Assembly (NCBI RefSeq): GCF_006345805.1
Contig: NC_043008.1
Coordinates: 25,668,001-25,732,000 of the forward strand
Direction of reading: 5' to 3'
Length of the DNA: 64,000 nt
Source: Octopus sinensis
Taxonomy: Eukaryota
Shown here: in pieces, positions 24,310 to 38,600 of the stretch
How positions within the stretch are numbered: position 1 is the first letter of the stretch
Layout of the letters: each line of letters starts with the position of its first letter
Notes under the pieces: model-generated
Seen by the model: the letters and a program-made list of their open reading frames with translations, nothing else
Database searches by the model: none
What the model was told of the DNA's origin: nothing
Translations under genes and position numbers: made by a program

Positions 24310-25341
24310 TTGTAATCGATTGGCTTTAGCTCATATCCGAGCATTGGGTTCATCAGTTTCCATCCAGTTTCATCGGCTGATGTTTGTGCCAAAAGTGACT
24401 TTAGAGTCCAAGTTGGTGGTGAAAGAGTCATGGACAGAACTTGCATGGGATGGTTGGTGCAGGTCAAGGATGCTGATGCTCCTTTCTTCTGCATTTTGCC
24501 TCCTCATTCTGTTCTGCTTGAAGGAGCTGGCTCCATTGTGGATAGCAGTCCTCCAGGCTGTCCTATCCATGGCAATCTGTTTTTATGAGGATGGCTAGAT
24601 GTTAGCATGAGCCAAGGCCCATTTGAGCTGGTTTTTAAAGCGGAATTTCGGACCTCCTCTGGGTCATGTTCTCCTTGCAAGTTCTCCATAGAGCATGATC
24701 CTTGGGAGATGAGAGGGCTCCATATGCCGGACGTGACTTGCCCAGCAGAGACAATGACATAGAATGGTGGTTTCAACACTTGGTAGTGAGGTGTGAAGAA
24801 GAACCTCATTGTTGGTAATGTGATCTTCCCATTGTATGTTGAGGACCTGTTGTAACTTCAATTGCTGGAAGCATTCAAGGTGCTTGAAGTCACGGCAGTA
24901 TGTCCAAGTCTCACAAGCGTAGAGTAGAGTTGACAGGACAATGGCATCGAAGACAATGATCTTTGTCTGGATGGTCAGCGGGTGATTGAAGAATACACGT
25001 TGGTTCAGTATGCTGAAAGAGGAGTGAGCCGCCCCTATCTGGTTCTCCACATCCCTTTCACACGTGGGGGTCTTCAAAAGGACACTTCCAGGGTATGTGA
25101 AGTGTTCAACTTCTTCTAGGGGTTGGCCGTTCATACCAATGTTTGTGAGTGGACTGTTCTGGTCTGGTGTGGGTTGGATTAGTGTCTTGATCGTTAATGT
25201 GTTTACCTGCAACCCAAAGCATTCGTAAGCCGCATTGCAAAGATCAGCTGTCCTTTGTAGGCCATCTGCAGTCTGGCTCGGAGTGGTGATGTCATCAGCA
25301 TACTGCATCTCAATGAGACGATGTGATAATATGGTGACCAC
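24310..25341 (-). mobile_element. RTE-clade LINE, 5'-truncated and decayed
   Basis: QYADDI, GLQVN..IKT, LEEVEHFTYPGS, IVLSTLLYACETW, LCWASHVRHMEPSHLPRIMLYGEL, DRTAWRTAI. Confidence 0.9.
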
Positions 25342-25459
25342 ACATATACAATATGATCTTCCTTTATAATACTAACAGTTAACCTATTTGCTTTAACCAA
25401 AATGCACTATCAATATTATAATTAATATTACTATTAATATTACTAGTAATAGTAATATG

Positions 25460-25620
25460 GGTCTCAAAGTTTGGTACAAGGCCAGCATTTTCAGTGGGTA
25501 GGGGTTAAGTCAATTATATTGACTCTAATACTCAACTGTTACTCATTTTATTGACCCTGAAGGATGAAGCGCAAAGTCAACCTTGGTAGAATTTTAACTC
25601 AGAACATAAGGATGAATGAA
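25460..25620 (-). mobile_element. SINE fragment
   Basis: Reverse-orientation TTTTATTGACCCTGAAGGATGAAGCGCAAAGTCAACCTTGG block shared with other copies in the window. Confidence 0.7.
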
Positions 25621-26204
25621 ATGTCATTAAACATGTGAACAATTCTACCAGTTTGCCACCTTCTCACTAGTAATTGCATCATTAGTAGTGTATTATATTT
25701 CTGTACTTCTACCTTGCTTACTTTATCTAACACAAGTGTTGACTGGATTGATTTTGATTGGCAATTCAGCATTACCACATGAGATTGTAATGATAAAATA
25801 CGCATATATCTTTAATGGTGTATATTTTTAATTTATGAAATAATTAGCTGTAAATCTTGTTTTATAAAGTAGTTGTGTGATGTCCACAAACATACTGCTG
25901 GCCTTCCCTATATCATACTAATATTTAAACTAATAGTGTGAACTAATAATACTACTAGTTAACTCTAAAAATGTAGCCACATAAGTTTATTTCTAGATAT
26001 ATGTTTCCTGCACTTTATTTTAGTTTGATTGTATTCGGTTCCTCATTATTACCTTGTCATTTCCATTTATATAATATGTATAGAAGATCCTAATTCCTAG
26101 GACTGATAGAGTGATAGCTTGATGGACTATGAATCAGTGTATTTGAATATTGTATGCATATGTATGCAAATGAACTTGAATGTGTATTTGTGCATAGACA
26201 GATA

Positions 26205-26242
26205 TGTAGGTAGGTAGGTAGGTAGATAGGTAGATAGATAGG

Positions 26243-26310
<68 letters not shown>

Positions 26311-26315
26311 CAGAT
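26205..26315. repeat. (GTAG)n/(GATA)n tetranucleotide microsatellite
   Basis: Directly visible. Confidence 0.95.
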
Positions 26316-27825
26316 ATGCAAACAATGATTTTGTCACTTAAATAAAATGATGAATTTCCACTATTTATGGAATTACTATTTAATATAAGTATTTCTGTGT
26401 ATGAACTAGTGTATGTGTGAGTGTGTGAGCATGTATATGTGAATGTATGTGTATAGCCACGTCTGGGAATGTTCATGTGAGGTGTTTGTGTGCATATGAT
26501 GGAACCATGATCAATGGGTCTTAGAATGACATTTCTGTCCTTCTAAATCAGCCATGTGTCAAATTGCTGTAGTATAGATCACTTTGCACCTATGTACCTT
26601 TATTAAAACAATTGCATTGTTATTAAGAAACCAGGTTTCCTATCACAATCTTTAAACTCTGTTCTTTTCTTAATTTGTCTTCATAGTTTTCATTCTGTTT
26701 GTTTATTTGTTCATTTATTTACCATACTCTCTATCAGTCTTATTCAACCATCATAATCAAGCCCAGACCTCCTATGGTTAAAGAAATTTTCCTTGTTCTT
26801 ATCAAACTTTAAGAAGGTTATCAAAGAGTTCACAAATACACTTAAGTAGATACCAAAAGAGCAAACTCAAAGAGAATTTGGTGAAATTTCTAAATATAAA
26901 AAGCTATCAATCTATTTTACAATGTCAAGTTTGTCAACATCTAATATTAAATAAGCCAACCAGTGAAGTTAGCAATTGCACACAAACTGTAGCTCTTTCT
27001 AGCAAGTTTCAACTCAATGTAATGCTTTTGAAACACATGATGATCATTGTAGTAAAGATGAAAGATCAAAAAGAGACAGAGCTGGAAAATGATCCAAGAA
27101 CATAAATTCAATGTAATAAATGTAGTAAACTGGTTCATAACAATTGATAATTATTTTCTATAGGATTGTATAATGCAAGACATTGATTTCTTTAAATATA
27201 TGAAAAAAAGTAGATGACACATATATCAAAATCCAGTGGTTTTTACATGGAGCAAAACAGATGTTTCTCAAATAAATATTTTGTAAAAGTTTGAAAAATA
27301 GCCAGACTGTGATGAGATCCTGTTTAGTTTACTCAAAGAACACAGTTTGTATACACTGCTTGTTTGCCATTTTTTTTCTATATGTCAAATATTACTCACA
27401 GCGCATTACATCCTAGCCTTAACTACAGTTTTTCTCAATAGTCATGATAGGTTTGCTTACTGGATATTTAAAGTATTTGCCTGACAGAATTAATATTTTT
27501 CCATGAATATGGATTATCATTCACCACCATTTCTTTGTCCAAATGTAACTGATGAGGTTGTGGTAATACAGCTCGCTAAAAGAGTTAGCTCTCCCAGCAA
27601 GCCAAAAGTATTTGACATATTTCTGCTTTTTGTAATCTAACTCCATTCCATATTTATAAGCTCCTTATATTCTGTCATATTGGTTTCAAATTTCAGCACA
27701 AATTCAGTAGTTTTGGGAAAGGGGTGAAGTCAATTAGATTGACCCCAGAACTCAACTGGTACATATTTTATCAACCCCAAGAGAATGGAAGACAAAGTTA
27801 ACCTTGGTGGCATCTAATATTCTAC

Positions 27826-28260
27826 CATCATCGTCTTCACCATTTAATGTCTACTTACCATGCTGGCATGGGTTGAATGGTTTGACTGAAAACTAGTAAG
27901 CCAGGGAGCTGCACTAAGTTCCAGTTTGATTTAGCAAGGTTTCTATGGCTGGATGCCCTTCCTAATACCAACCACCCCAAGAGTGTAGTGAGTGCCTTTT
28001 ACATGCCACAGGCATGGGTGCCATTGATGTGACACTGGCATTGACCATGACTATGGTCTCACTTGACTTGACAGGTCTACACAAGCATGGTATACAGCCA
28101 AAGGTCTTGGTCACTGCCTCCATGAGACCCAGTGTTCGAATGGTGCTGTTTACATGCCACTAGCATGGGTGCCAGTCAGATGACACTGGCATTAGCCATG
28201 ACTACAATTTTACTTAGCTTGACAAATCTTCTCAAGCACAGCATATTGCCTAACATTTGT
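27826..28260 (-). mobile_element. RTE LINE 3' UTR fragment, related to 19770-20310, preceded by a SINE piece (about 27690-27815)
   Basis: CCATGCTGGCATGGGTTG, GGCTGGATGCCCTTCCTAA and GCCAGTCAGATGACACTGGC blocks are reverse complements of the 20 kb element's UTR motifs. Confidence 0.75.
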
Positions 28261-28949
28261 AGAGTTGATAACTATTTATTGAATCTCTTTGTGATTATTT
28301 CCTTGCATTAGACCATCTAGAATATGTCAAAATAAACATTTGCATGTCTAATTTCCTATACAACTATAGGATTTTTGCCAAACTGTATTATATTTTCTTT
28401 CAGTGTTAGGATTGTATTATTGAGAAAAAAGAAAGAAAATAGACATAGAATTCTCATGTATAACACTTTGAAAAGTTAATAGAAAAAACATATATATTGC
28501 TAGTTCTGGACAAAGTGTAGAGCAGATTGTATGATGCATGTCTACAAAGTGCAATATTGCATGGTAGCTGAACATGGGCATTGAATGCAAAAGATTTATG
28601 AAGGCAGGAAAAAAACATTTGGTGAGCATTCTCTATTGCATGTGTAATGTTTGTTTGAATGAATTATTGAATGCAAACATGTTGATCACATAAGTAAAAA
28701 AATTGGCTACCATGTGCAAAAGAAAATAAAATGATCAGATGGACATGTAATGTGTATGAAGGATGACAACTCAGTAAGAAAAGAGTAAGCAATATGAGCA
28801 GAATAAAATCTGTAGAAGAGAAAAAGCAAGGAAGTCATGAAAAGTGATGAGATCTGTTCTCATAATGGAGATGCCAAAGAGTGGTGAGAAATATTCTCAG
28901 AGACGACCTGCTCAACTCATGCAAGCATGGAAAAGAAAGATGTTAAGTT

Positions 28950-29140
28950 ATGATAATGATGATGATGATGACAATGGCAATGACAATGATGATGATGATG
29001 TGGAGGAAGAGGAAGAGTATTATGATGATGATGATGTAGATAATGATGATTGAACTATTAAAGAGAATGACGATGATGTCGATAATGATGATGAAGATGA
29101 TGATGATCATCATGACCATAATCATAGTGACAATGATTTG
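28950..29140. repeat. Degenerate (GAT)n tract tailing a decayed RTE-like fragment (about 28720-28950)
   Basis: Directly visible; upstream AACTCATGCAAGCATGGAAAAG resembles the RTE tail. Confidence 0.75.
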
Positions 29141-30433
29141 TATTAAAGAAATTGAGTTAAACTAAAATAAATGTAATTCATTGTTCTAGTTAATAACCAC
29201 ATCCACAAGTTGGCTTACCTTGTCCTTGTCTATTGAATATTCTTTGCTTTCAGCCATTAAGCATTTTGTTTATTTTTGTCCGCAACAATTAACATACATT
29301 TAATGATGTGAGGTTCTTTTAAGCCACTTTTCCAATAATTCTTTTTTTAGTCTCCTCTATTCTTGTAGAATCATTCAAAATGAATGAATTAGGTGTCCAT
29401 ATATTGACAGCCTAAAATTAGTATAACTGGTAAATAGTTTGTAATACCAAAAGCTTGCTAGCATTCAATTTCACACTTAATTATTCGGAGTTTAATACCT
29501 GTTAGATTACTTTTGCTTTACATCCTTCTTGATTAACCTACAAATAACAAACGGATGAAACATGATTTATAGATTTCTCTCAAACACATACACATTCTAA
29601 TTTGTGTTGGTACTTCATCAAATGAAATCAATATACTGACAACTATAAATTCATTGTTTTTGAAAGACACAAAATGGAATAAATAAATAATTTAATAACA
29701 AATTTTTCTCAAGTTCACAAAAATATAATTCAATTTGTAAACTGAATATGCTTAAAACCACAAAATAGCCCTAGGTTAGCATCTATTTTAATAGCTGTTT
29801 TGATATAAACATCCACAAAATTTAATTTAAGCTGCTAATTTTTGTTCTAATTGACTCTTTAAAGACTAATATTGAATTAGTAAAGCTAATGAATGAAACA
29901 AAACAAATATTCAGACTTAATACTTAGAAACGCAGTTGTACTGTCAATCATATAATAAGTTACTGAATGTTATAAAATAGGTACAATGTTAATTTTTATG
30001 GAGCAAGTTGACTGAATTAATTCCAATAAATTACTAGAATTTATTTGATTAAAGTAGAGCTGACCTAAAGATTAAAAAAAAACAACACCTAGTAGAAAGA
30101 TGAAACAAATTTTATTATATGGAATTACATCTAATACTCTACATTCCAACAACATAATGTCATACTTATTTTTGTTCTCTACTCACTAATTATGTTCAGT
30201 AGGGAAGGGGCTATGCCTATAGCCTTTGTATAACTGTTGATACTGGAGATATTAATGTAGTTAATATTTGTTTTGAGCTGTTGCAAGTCAATAGCCACTG
30301 AAAAATTTTTTTTTTAAGTGCTGAAAATATGCACTGAGGTGAAATTCTAGAGCACCAATATTCTGGGAGAAAAAGACAGGTTATAATAATTTGTGCAAAG
30401 TTTGGGGCATTGAACATTAAAGATTTTGAAATA

Positions 30434-30835
30434 AGGCACAGGTGTGTCTATGAAGTAAGACGCTTGCTTCCAACCACATGGCTCTGGGTTCTGTCCCACT
30501 TTGTGGCACCTTGGGTAAGTGTCTTCTACTATAGCCTCAAGCTGACCAAAGCCTTGTGGGTGAATTTGGTACATAGAAACTGAAAGAAGCCTGTTGTGTA
30601 TATTATATGTGTGTGTGTGTGTGTGTGTGTCTTTGTGACTGTGTTTTTCTCCCACTACAGATTGACAACCAGTATTGGAGTGTAACTTAGCAGTTCAACA
30701 AAAGAACTGATAGATTAGTACCATACTTAAAAACAAAAAGGTACTGGAGTCAAATCTTTCAATTATAACAAATTCTTCAAGGCTGCACCCCAGCATGACT
30801 GCAGTCTAATGACTGAAACAGGAAAAAGATAAAAG
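30434..30835 (+). mobile_element. tRNA-derived SINE with internal (GT)n
   Basis: GGTTCTGTCCC B-box-like motif, GGCACCTTGGGTAAGTGTCTTCTACTATAGCC domain, AATGACTGAAAC..AAAGATAAAA tail. Confidence 0.8.
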
Positions 30836-31249
30836 GTAAAAAATAAGGAAAAACTGAAAAGCTAAATTTTTAAGTCTTTCCAAGTGTCTTACTAATGTGA
30901 AATATTTTTATTTGACAACTAAATCTGGAATGAGGAGATTATTGTAGAAAATCTTAGAAAATGCCTTAGTGTACTCATTTCCATGATATTAGTTTCTACA
31001 TAAAGATACAGTCTCAATGAACCTTAATTTATAAGTAATATTTGAGAGGTGAAACTGAATACTATAAAAATGTACTACTTCATTTGCTGAGTGCATTATC
31101 ATTCCTTAAGCTACAGAACTATCAATGGTTATCACATCTTATACAATGAAGCAAAACTATTCAAAATCAGCTTCCATTTTGGGTTCTGAGGTGCATAGTT
31201 TGTAGTCTCCATCACATATTCTTTTTTTTCTTTTACCTTTTACTCACTT

Positions 31250-31560
31250 AGTACGAAGAAAGTGGAGGTTGCACCAGTTGTGATAGGGGCACTTGTAACT
31301 GTGCAAACCAATATCAGAAGTGGCTTGGCAAACTTCGGCTCACTGAGATATTTCAGAAAATAGCACTACTTGGAGCAGCCAGGATTTTGAGAAGGGTTAT
31401 GTCAATGTAACTGGAATGAGAAAGTTGACAGGAGCCATGATCATTAGTTATGATCTGTGCCTAATCAAAAGGTATCAACATACAATCAGTGATTTAAGTG
31501 ATTTAAGTGAAGAAGATCAGAAGATTTTAGATTAGTTGCAGAAAGTAATGAGTAAGGAAA
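31250..31560 (+). mobile_element. Decayed 3' end of an RLE-type (R4/Dong-like) LINE
   Basis: KKVEVAPVVIGAL..FQKIALLGAARILRRVMSM*. Confidence 0.7.
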
Positions 31561-31611
31561 TAAGAAAAAAACATCGCCAGCATTAAAAGGCTGTTATCAG
31601 TCAGACACATA

Positions 31612-32889
31612 TGAGGGACGTTCAATAAGTAATGCCTCTGACCCACTTGCAATTGTTTGATCTAGCTGAAATTTTGCATGTGCAATCATTTATATCTCTA
31701 TAGAGTAAGTAGCAAATTACAGCTCTGATTTAATTGTGGTTTCCGATTTACAGGTGTTTGAACCGAGTCAAGTGTGAAATGGAGCCTGTTGAGTGTCGAG
31801 CAGTGATCCGGTTTTTGTATTTGAAAGGACGCACACCACAGGAGACTTTTGATGAAATGAAAGTAACTTATGGTGATGATGCCCCATCATATGACCTTGT
31901 AAAACGCTGGCATCGTGAATTCAAACATGGTCGGAACTCTGTGGAAACAGCTCCCAGATCTGGTCAACCCCCTTCTGCCATTGATGAGGCATCTGTCCGT
32001 CAAGTTGAGGCTGCCATTTTGGAAGATTGACGCATAACTATTTGCCAAATAGCCCATGAGGTCAAGACTAGTACCAGGTCTGTGGAAACTATCATTCATG
32101 ACCATTTGCATATGCAAAAGGTGTCTGCCAGATGGATTCCCAAGTTGCTCACGCCTTTCCAGAACCAAGAACGCATCGAGTGCTCGAGGGTAAATTTGGA
32201 GATGTGCCAAGAAGATGAGTCAAAATTTTTCAAAAGACTGATTACACAGGATTAAACCTGGGTCCATCACGATGATCCAGAGACCAAAGCCCAGTCAATG
32301 CAGTGGAAGCACTGTGACTCACCCCCTCCAAAGAAGGCAAGGGTGCAGCCCTCCGCTGGCAAGGTCATGGGACCAGGACGGAGTAGTGATGACAGATTTC
32401 CTGGCAAAGGGTACCACAATTGCAGGAGCCTATTATGCTTCACTTTTGAGGAAATTAAGAGAAGTTATCAAAATCAAGAGGTGGGGCAAGATCAGCAAAG
32501 GCATCCTCCTCCTGCAGGACAACGCTCCGGTCCACAACTCGCTTGTCGCCAGATCAGAAGCACAGGCGTATGGCTATAAACTCCTCTCCCATCCCCCTAC
32601 TTTCCTGACCTTGCACCCTCTGATTTTCACCTCTTCCCAGTCATGAAGTTGTTTTTGAAAGGAAAGCGTTTCCCAGATGATGCAGCCTTGATTTCTTAAG
32701 TCACGTTCAGGTTGGAGGACCAAGCTGGGGTCTTCTACAAAAACGGTCTCCAGAGCTGCATCAAGCAATGGGAGAAATGAGTAACTCTGTGTGATTCCTA
32801 TGTAGAAAAAGACTAATAACTGTGCCAAGTTTCGTTGCTCTACTGCTATGGGAAGTGGGTCAGAGGCATTACTTATTGAACGCCCCTCG
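31612..32889 (+). mobile_element. Full-length (1278 bp) mariner transposon, transposase disrupted
   Basis: 37-bp terminal inverted repeats (TGAGGGACGTTCAATAAGTAATGCCTCTGACCCACTT, 2 mismatches), TA on both flanks, MEPVECRAVIRFL..WHREFKHGR..PRSGQP, QDNAPVH, HPPYFPDLAPSDF motifs. Confidence 0.96.
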
Positions 32890-32891
32890 TA

Positions 32892-35660
32892 CTAAAACAT
32901 ATAGTAGACCCTAACATATTGATCTATGCAGGAGGAGTGGTAGATACCAGAAGATTTGATATCTCGCAGTGTAAGATTTAAAAAGAGCAAATGTGGAAAA
33001 GGAAACTACAAAATAAAGTGAAGGCTTTAAGACAAGAGCTGAGTAGAATAGAAGCCTAGAAAACAAACAAGCTAGGAAACACAAGAGGCCAATAAAAGAT
33101 ACTTAGTCAAAGGATTTAGGACAGTGACAGAAAAGTTGAAACAGCGTATCATAGCAGTAGCAGGCAAGCTCTCAACATATCAGAAAAGAATAGATCAGTA
33201 TCAATGTAATAAATTATTTGAGACAGACTAGAGAAGATTTTATAACCAAATAAATAGCGAAGAATGAAGTACTAAAGATGAGAAACCTAATGTAGAAGAA
33301 GCTAGATAATTCTGGGGTAATATTTGGGATAAGCCAGTCAATCATGATAGAGATGCAGTATGGTTAACGAAAGTGAGGGAAGAAGTAGTCAGTGAGAAAC
33401 AGCTATTTCCATGATTAACTAGTGCATTAATGAGTAAAGTGTTAGAAAAATAGAAAAAATGCTAAATTAGAAGGGTTCAGGACCCTGTTTAGTTCAAGGT
33501 TACTGGCTAAAGTAATTCAGTAGTTTACATGGCAGGCTGAGGGAACAACATTAGGATTGCTTTAATGGAGGAATAATACCAGATTGGATGACTAAAGAGA
33601 GGACAATACCCATTATGAAAGATAAGAGCAAGGGTAAAACAGCTAGCAACTATAGAGCAATCACTTACTTACCATTAGTGTGGAAGCTGTTAATAGGAAT
33701 GCTCTCAGAAAGCATTTACGAGCACCTTGACAACCAGAATTTACTACCAGAAGAACAAAAAGATCGCAAGAAGCAGGCTAGAGGAATGCATGATCTATTA
33801 TATATATAGACAAAGCAGTTCTAAATGAAGTAAAAGCTAGAAAGAAAAATCTAACAATAGCATGGACAGATTATAGGAAAGCCTATTATATGATCCTACA
33901 CTCATGTGTAAGTGAATGTTTGCTTATATTCTGTATTGCAGACAAAATAAGAGAATTAATTAGCTGTTGCATGAAGAAATGGAAAGTAGATCTCTAATCA
34001 GGTGATGTACTCTCAGGGAAAATAAATATCAAAAGAGGAATTTACCAGGGGGACTAGTTATCCCATTTAATATTTGTCTTATGTTTGATCCCCCTAAGTT
34101 TAGTATTAAGAAAGGCAAAGGCAGAGTATCAGTTCAGAAACAGTAATGGACAAATTAACCATTTGCACTACATGGATGATCTGAAGCTTTTTATTAAGAA
34201 TGAAAAAGAAATAGATTCCTTAATACAGACTGTAAGACTGTTCAGCAAAGATATAGGCACAGAATTTGGCATAGATAAATGTACAATATTAGTCATGAGA
34301 AGGGGACAGGTAGTCAATAGCGAAGGCATCTGATTACCAGATGGTCAGACATTAAAATCATTGAAAGGAGGAGAGAGTTATAAGTATCTAGGAGTATTAG
34401 AATCTGATAGAGTACTAACTATAGGAATGAAAATAGAAATTGAAGTGTACATCAGAAGGGAAAGGAAGCTAATGAAGTCAAAGCTAAATGGTTCAAATCT
34501 AGTGAAGGCTGTAAATACTTGGGCAGTATCATTACTTAGATATTCAGTAGCTTTTGTAGATTGGGCAAAAACTGTATCAACAAAGCTAGACAGAAGAACT
34601 AGGAAGAAATACAAGGGCAGGAGTAGCAAGATTATACCTACTTAGAAAGGAAAGAAGAAGAGGGTTAATATCAGTAGAAGACTGTATGGAGTTAGCTAGA
34701 GTAAATATAGTCTCCTATGTAGGTAACAGTGAAGAAAGTTTATAAAACGCTGTTAGAGTAACAGCAAGACAAAGAGAAACCAAAAACCCACATGAAGTTA
34801 GCAACCGGCAAAAAGAACAGAAATTATCTAACTGCTAGGAGAAGGTATTTCATGGTAGATTCCCAAAGATAGTTGCAGCAAATAGTAATGGTGAGGCATG
34901 GTTATGGTTGCAGAAAGGAAAGCTGAAGAGGGTGACAGAAAGTTTGTTAGTAACTGCATAAGATCAAGTATTAAGGAGTAATTGGATAAAAGTTAAGATA
35001 GACAAAAACCAAGTAGATTCCCAATGTAGATTATGTAAATTAAAAGAGAAAAGCATTACTCATATAGTAAGTGAATGTAGCATGCTGGCACAGAAAGAAT
35101 ACAAGAAAACACATGACAATCTAGGGAGAGCAATTCACTGTGAACTTTGTGGAAAGCTAGGATTTGAACTTACTGATAAATAATATGAACATGAACCTAG
35201 TAAAATACTAGAGAGGGAGAAATATATGATGTTGTTGGACTTTAACATTCAGACTGACAGAGTAATAGAAGTTAGAAGGCCTGATTTAGTAGTAGTAGAT
35301 AAAGACAATAGAAAGCGCTTGATAATTGACTTTACAATCCCAAATGAGGAAAAAATTAATATCAGAGGTATAGAAAAAATAACAAAGTACCAGGCCCTAG
35401 GTATTGAATTATATGACTATGTAACGTGCAGACTAAATGTATACCATAGGAACTATTCCAAAGGATCTGAACTGATGAATAGAGGGAATAAGTATAAAAC
35501 CCAGTTTAGTACAGCTCCAGAAAACAGTGTTATTAGGGACAGCTAGGATACTTAGGAGGGTTCTTGGCATCTAAGGCTACTTGTTGTCGCCCAATGTTAG
35601 GATTCTTTTCTTTTCCAACAGTTTAATCTGTTGAGTGTATATGAAAACAACAACAACAAG
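32892..35660 (+). mobile_element. RLE-type non-LTR retrotransposon (R4/Dong-like), decayed: RT, CCHC zinc knuckle and restriction-like endonuclease
   Basis: ASNYRAITYLPLVWKLL, INHLHYMDDLKLF, LFSKDIGTEFGIDKC, YKYLGVLES, CRLCKLKEESITHIVSEC, QTDRVIEVRRPDLVVVDK; (AAC)n tail. Confidence 0.9.
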
Positions 35661-37519
35661 AGCTCTGCAGTATTGGTTGACAATCTTACTAGAGATGGTG
35701 TCTTGATAAAAATATTGGTTGGTGGCTAACCTTAAAACACAAACCTCAATACTGAGAGAAAATGCCTAATGCAAATGTATCAAATAATGGTATTAATGAG
35801 GCTGGAACCAAAGGTGAAAGCCTTTCACCTGGTAGGTATCCTGTGGTTGAGCAGCACAGGCCTGGTCATCATCCAGAGACTGCTTATACAGAAAACCAGA
35901 ATCATGATAGTATTAGATACTGAAAATAGTATGGCACCATAGGCTGCCAGTCGCAAGCCTGCTGCACATGCATGACTCCAGGAGTTCCAACAAAACCCAT
36001 GAAAAAATTTAATGATAATAAACTAAGAAAAACATTTTATGGACATTGTGTGTCTCACTCACTCTAGACAAATTGTTTTATGTACAGTGTTCAGCACCTC
36101 TAGCCTGTTTGAGTCATAGATCTACTTGAACAGTGTTATTCTAGTGTCACACAATGACAGCCATGTTTGTAATAATAGTATCAATAAAATTATCAAGCAC
36201 TGTGCTTCGTTATTTTATGAACAAGAATGCTCCTTCAACCATCTTACCCATTGAGAAGATAGTGCTGTACAGAAATATGTAATTTTGATAGACTATAAAA
36301 AATGTTGCACTTGTGGTCCTTTAACATCAGAAGGAGTTTATAAAGCCTTACCTGTTAGTAACACTAATTCTGCTCTCAATTTTAAACAAGCTCCTGTAAG
36401 AAAATATAATGAAATCAAACAGCAGAAATAAAAGAACATTTTTCCAAGCAACTACTTTAGGTACTTGTGTCCAACAATCAAATTTTCTGAAATTATGGGC
36501 CCCATTCCCTAGACAAACACACACACACACACACAATGCGTGTTGTAGTGATTGCAGTGTTAGATATACAAAAGACTGGTTATTGCTGGAATGTCTTTGA
36601 CCATGAATTTATTCAATGTTGGCCGCAACTGAACAGCAACAACAACCAGACCCAAAATTTAAATGATTAATTATTGCATTGTCTATAGTTCTTTTTCTGA
36701 AGAAGAAAGGTCTGCCTGCGATATTTAAATTTGTCCATCTTTATGGCATGTAAATTTATTCAATTCTACAATTTTTAATAAATTTTTTTATCTTACACAT
36801 GTTGTCTCTAGTTTCTTTTTGACCACAGCTTTTGTTTTCTCTTAAAAAACATTTATACTGACAGCTCGGATATAACCAGTCACTATGGATGTAATTCCAG
36901 TGAAACTAATATCTAATTATTGGGTGATACTTTTCAATACTTAATATCATTTTATATTTTTTTCTGGTGATAAATCATTACTAACATTATTCAGAATTGT
37001 GTAAAAAAAGAAAAGCAGCAATAATTTTATCATTAGGTAGATTTGCATAAGAGAAATGTCATGTATGATTGTTTATTCCATTAAATAACTGATCAACTGG
37101 GAAAATTGCAAAAGAATTCATTTATACAGTCAAAAGGAGGTTTGAAATAAGTGGAAAAGTTGAAAAGGGGTTAGTTTAAACAATGGAAAGATTTGAAAGA
37201 TTTCAGAGTAAACAACTAAAACAAAGGAAGAGACTTGTTAAAACAACTAGAAAAGAAGAAAAGGTTAGTTAAAGTAACTGTAAAAGATTATGCACTACAA
37301 CTGGTTGGAAAAAAAGTAAAGGAGGAAATAAAAAGCATTGATAAACCAATTAAAAAATAGCAATGATAGTCAAAAGTATATGGAAAGCAAACAGAATAAA
37401 ACAAAGGTCAGAAAAGTGAAGAGTAAAAGGTCCATAAAGCGGAAAGAGTGCAAAGTCACATCAGGAGTAAATTTCAGGAAGCATGGAATTTTTTAAGCAT
37501 ATAGTATCTTAACAGCTAG

Positions 37520-38600
37520 CACTCAACACATGTAGCTTATTCCATGCTTTGACAATTCTAGGCATGAAGATATCTTTCTGAAAATCATGGGTGCTTCAGA
37601 GTTTTGTGATTTTTGTATCCATAAAGGTTAAAGATATTAAATTTAAAAAAAGTTGTTGTTGGGAAAATGGCATTAATTTGGTTGCACATTTTGGATATCT
37701 TCTAGTGGATCAATATTCTAGATAAGGTAGAAGTTCTAGACTGGTGATGCAAAGGGTAGGTATGGGTGTACCATAGCTATGTATAGCAATTAAATAGTCA
37801 CTGAGTAACTGACAATGGTGTTTTATAATGCTAAGATAGCTTCAGCCTTCTGAATAATTTTATGAATGTGGCTCATGCAGTGAAGATCATTATTGAAAAT
37901 GGTACTCACATTCATCAGTAGATTGCTTAACGTTAGTGTCATGGAAGGAATAAATAGATTTGGGAGAGTTGGTCCTAAACTTTATAGTGATAAATTTTGT
38001 CTACAACTAGCTTCAGTTGCTTGCAGCATTCCATTGCTGCATTGTATCCAGATCAGATTGCAGAAAGGATATATAACCTACAATATCTATTTTCCCTGCT
38101 TCAAGATACAGTTATTTTAATGTTGCCCGCATACTTCAAGCTAACATCTACTTCATTGATATATGTGACAAACAACATGGAAGCAAAACATTGATCCATG
38201 TTGGATTCCGTATCTCATTACTTAGGGTGCAGGATGTTTTCCTAATTCCATGACCAATTTTCAACAGAGAATGAAGGACTGCAATAGTCATAAAGATTAA
38301 CCCTTGCACCCATTGCAGAGAGCTTGATAAATCTTTTGTGTGGCACAGAATTAAAGGCTTTGGTGAAGCTGAGTTAGATAAAATGCATCCATGAGCTGTC
38401 AAGAAACTTGATAAATTGACCTCAGCAGCTAAAATTAGAGATAAATCCAAATTGTGAAGGTTGAATAAGGTTGTAAAGTCTCTTTGAAAAAAACTCCCAT
38501 CTCTCTGGTGACAAAGCTTGTTAGACTGGTTAGGCAATAACTGAAAGGTGATGAGTGGTCAGCCTTTTAGGCCAATCATTTAATACAAATTGCCACTATT
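37520..38600 (-). mobile_element. Heavily decayed CR1/L2-type LINE RT region
   Basis: Minus: FTKAFNSVPHKRF, GIQHGS (GVPQGS-like), KYAGNIK (FADD-like), LQSDLDTMQQW, KAWNK near the 3' end. Confidence 0.75.
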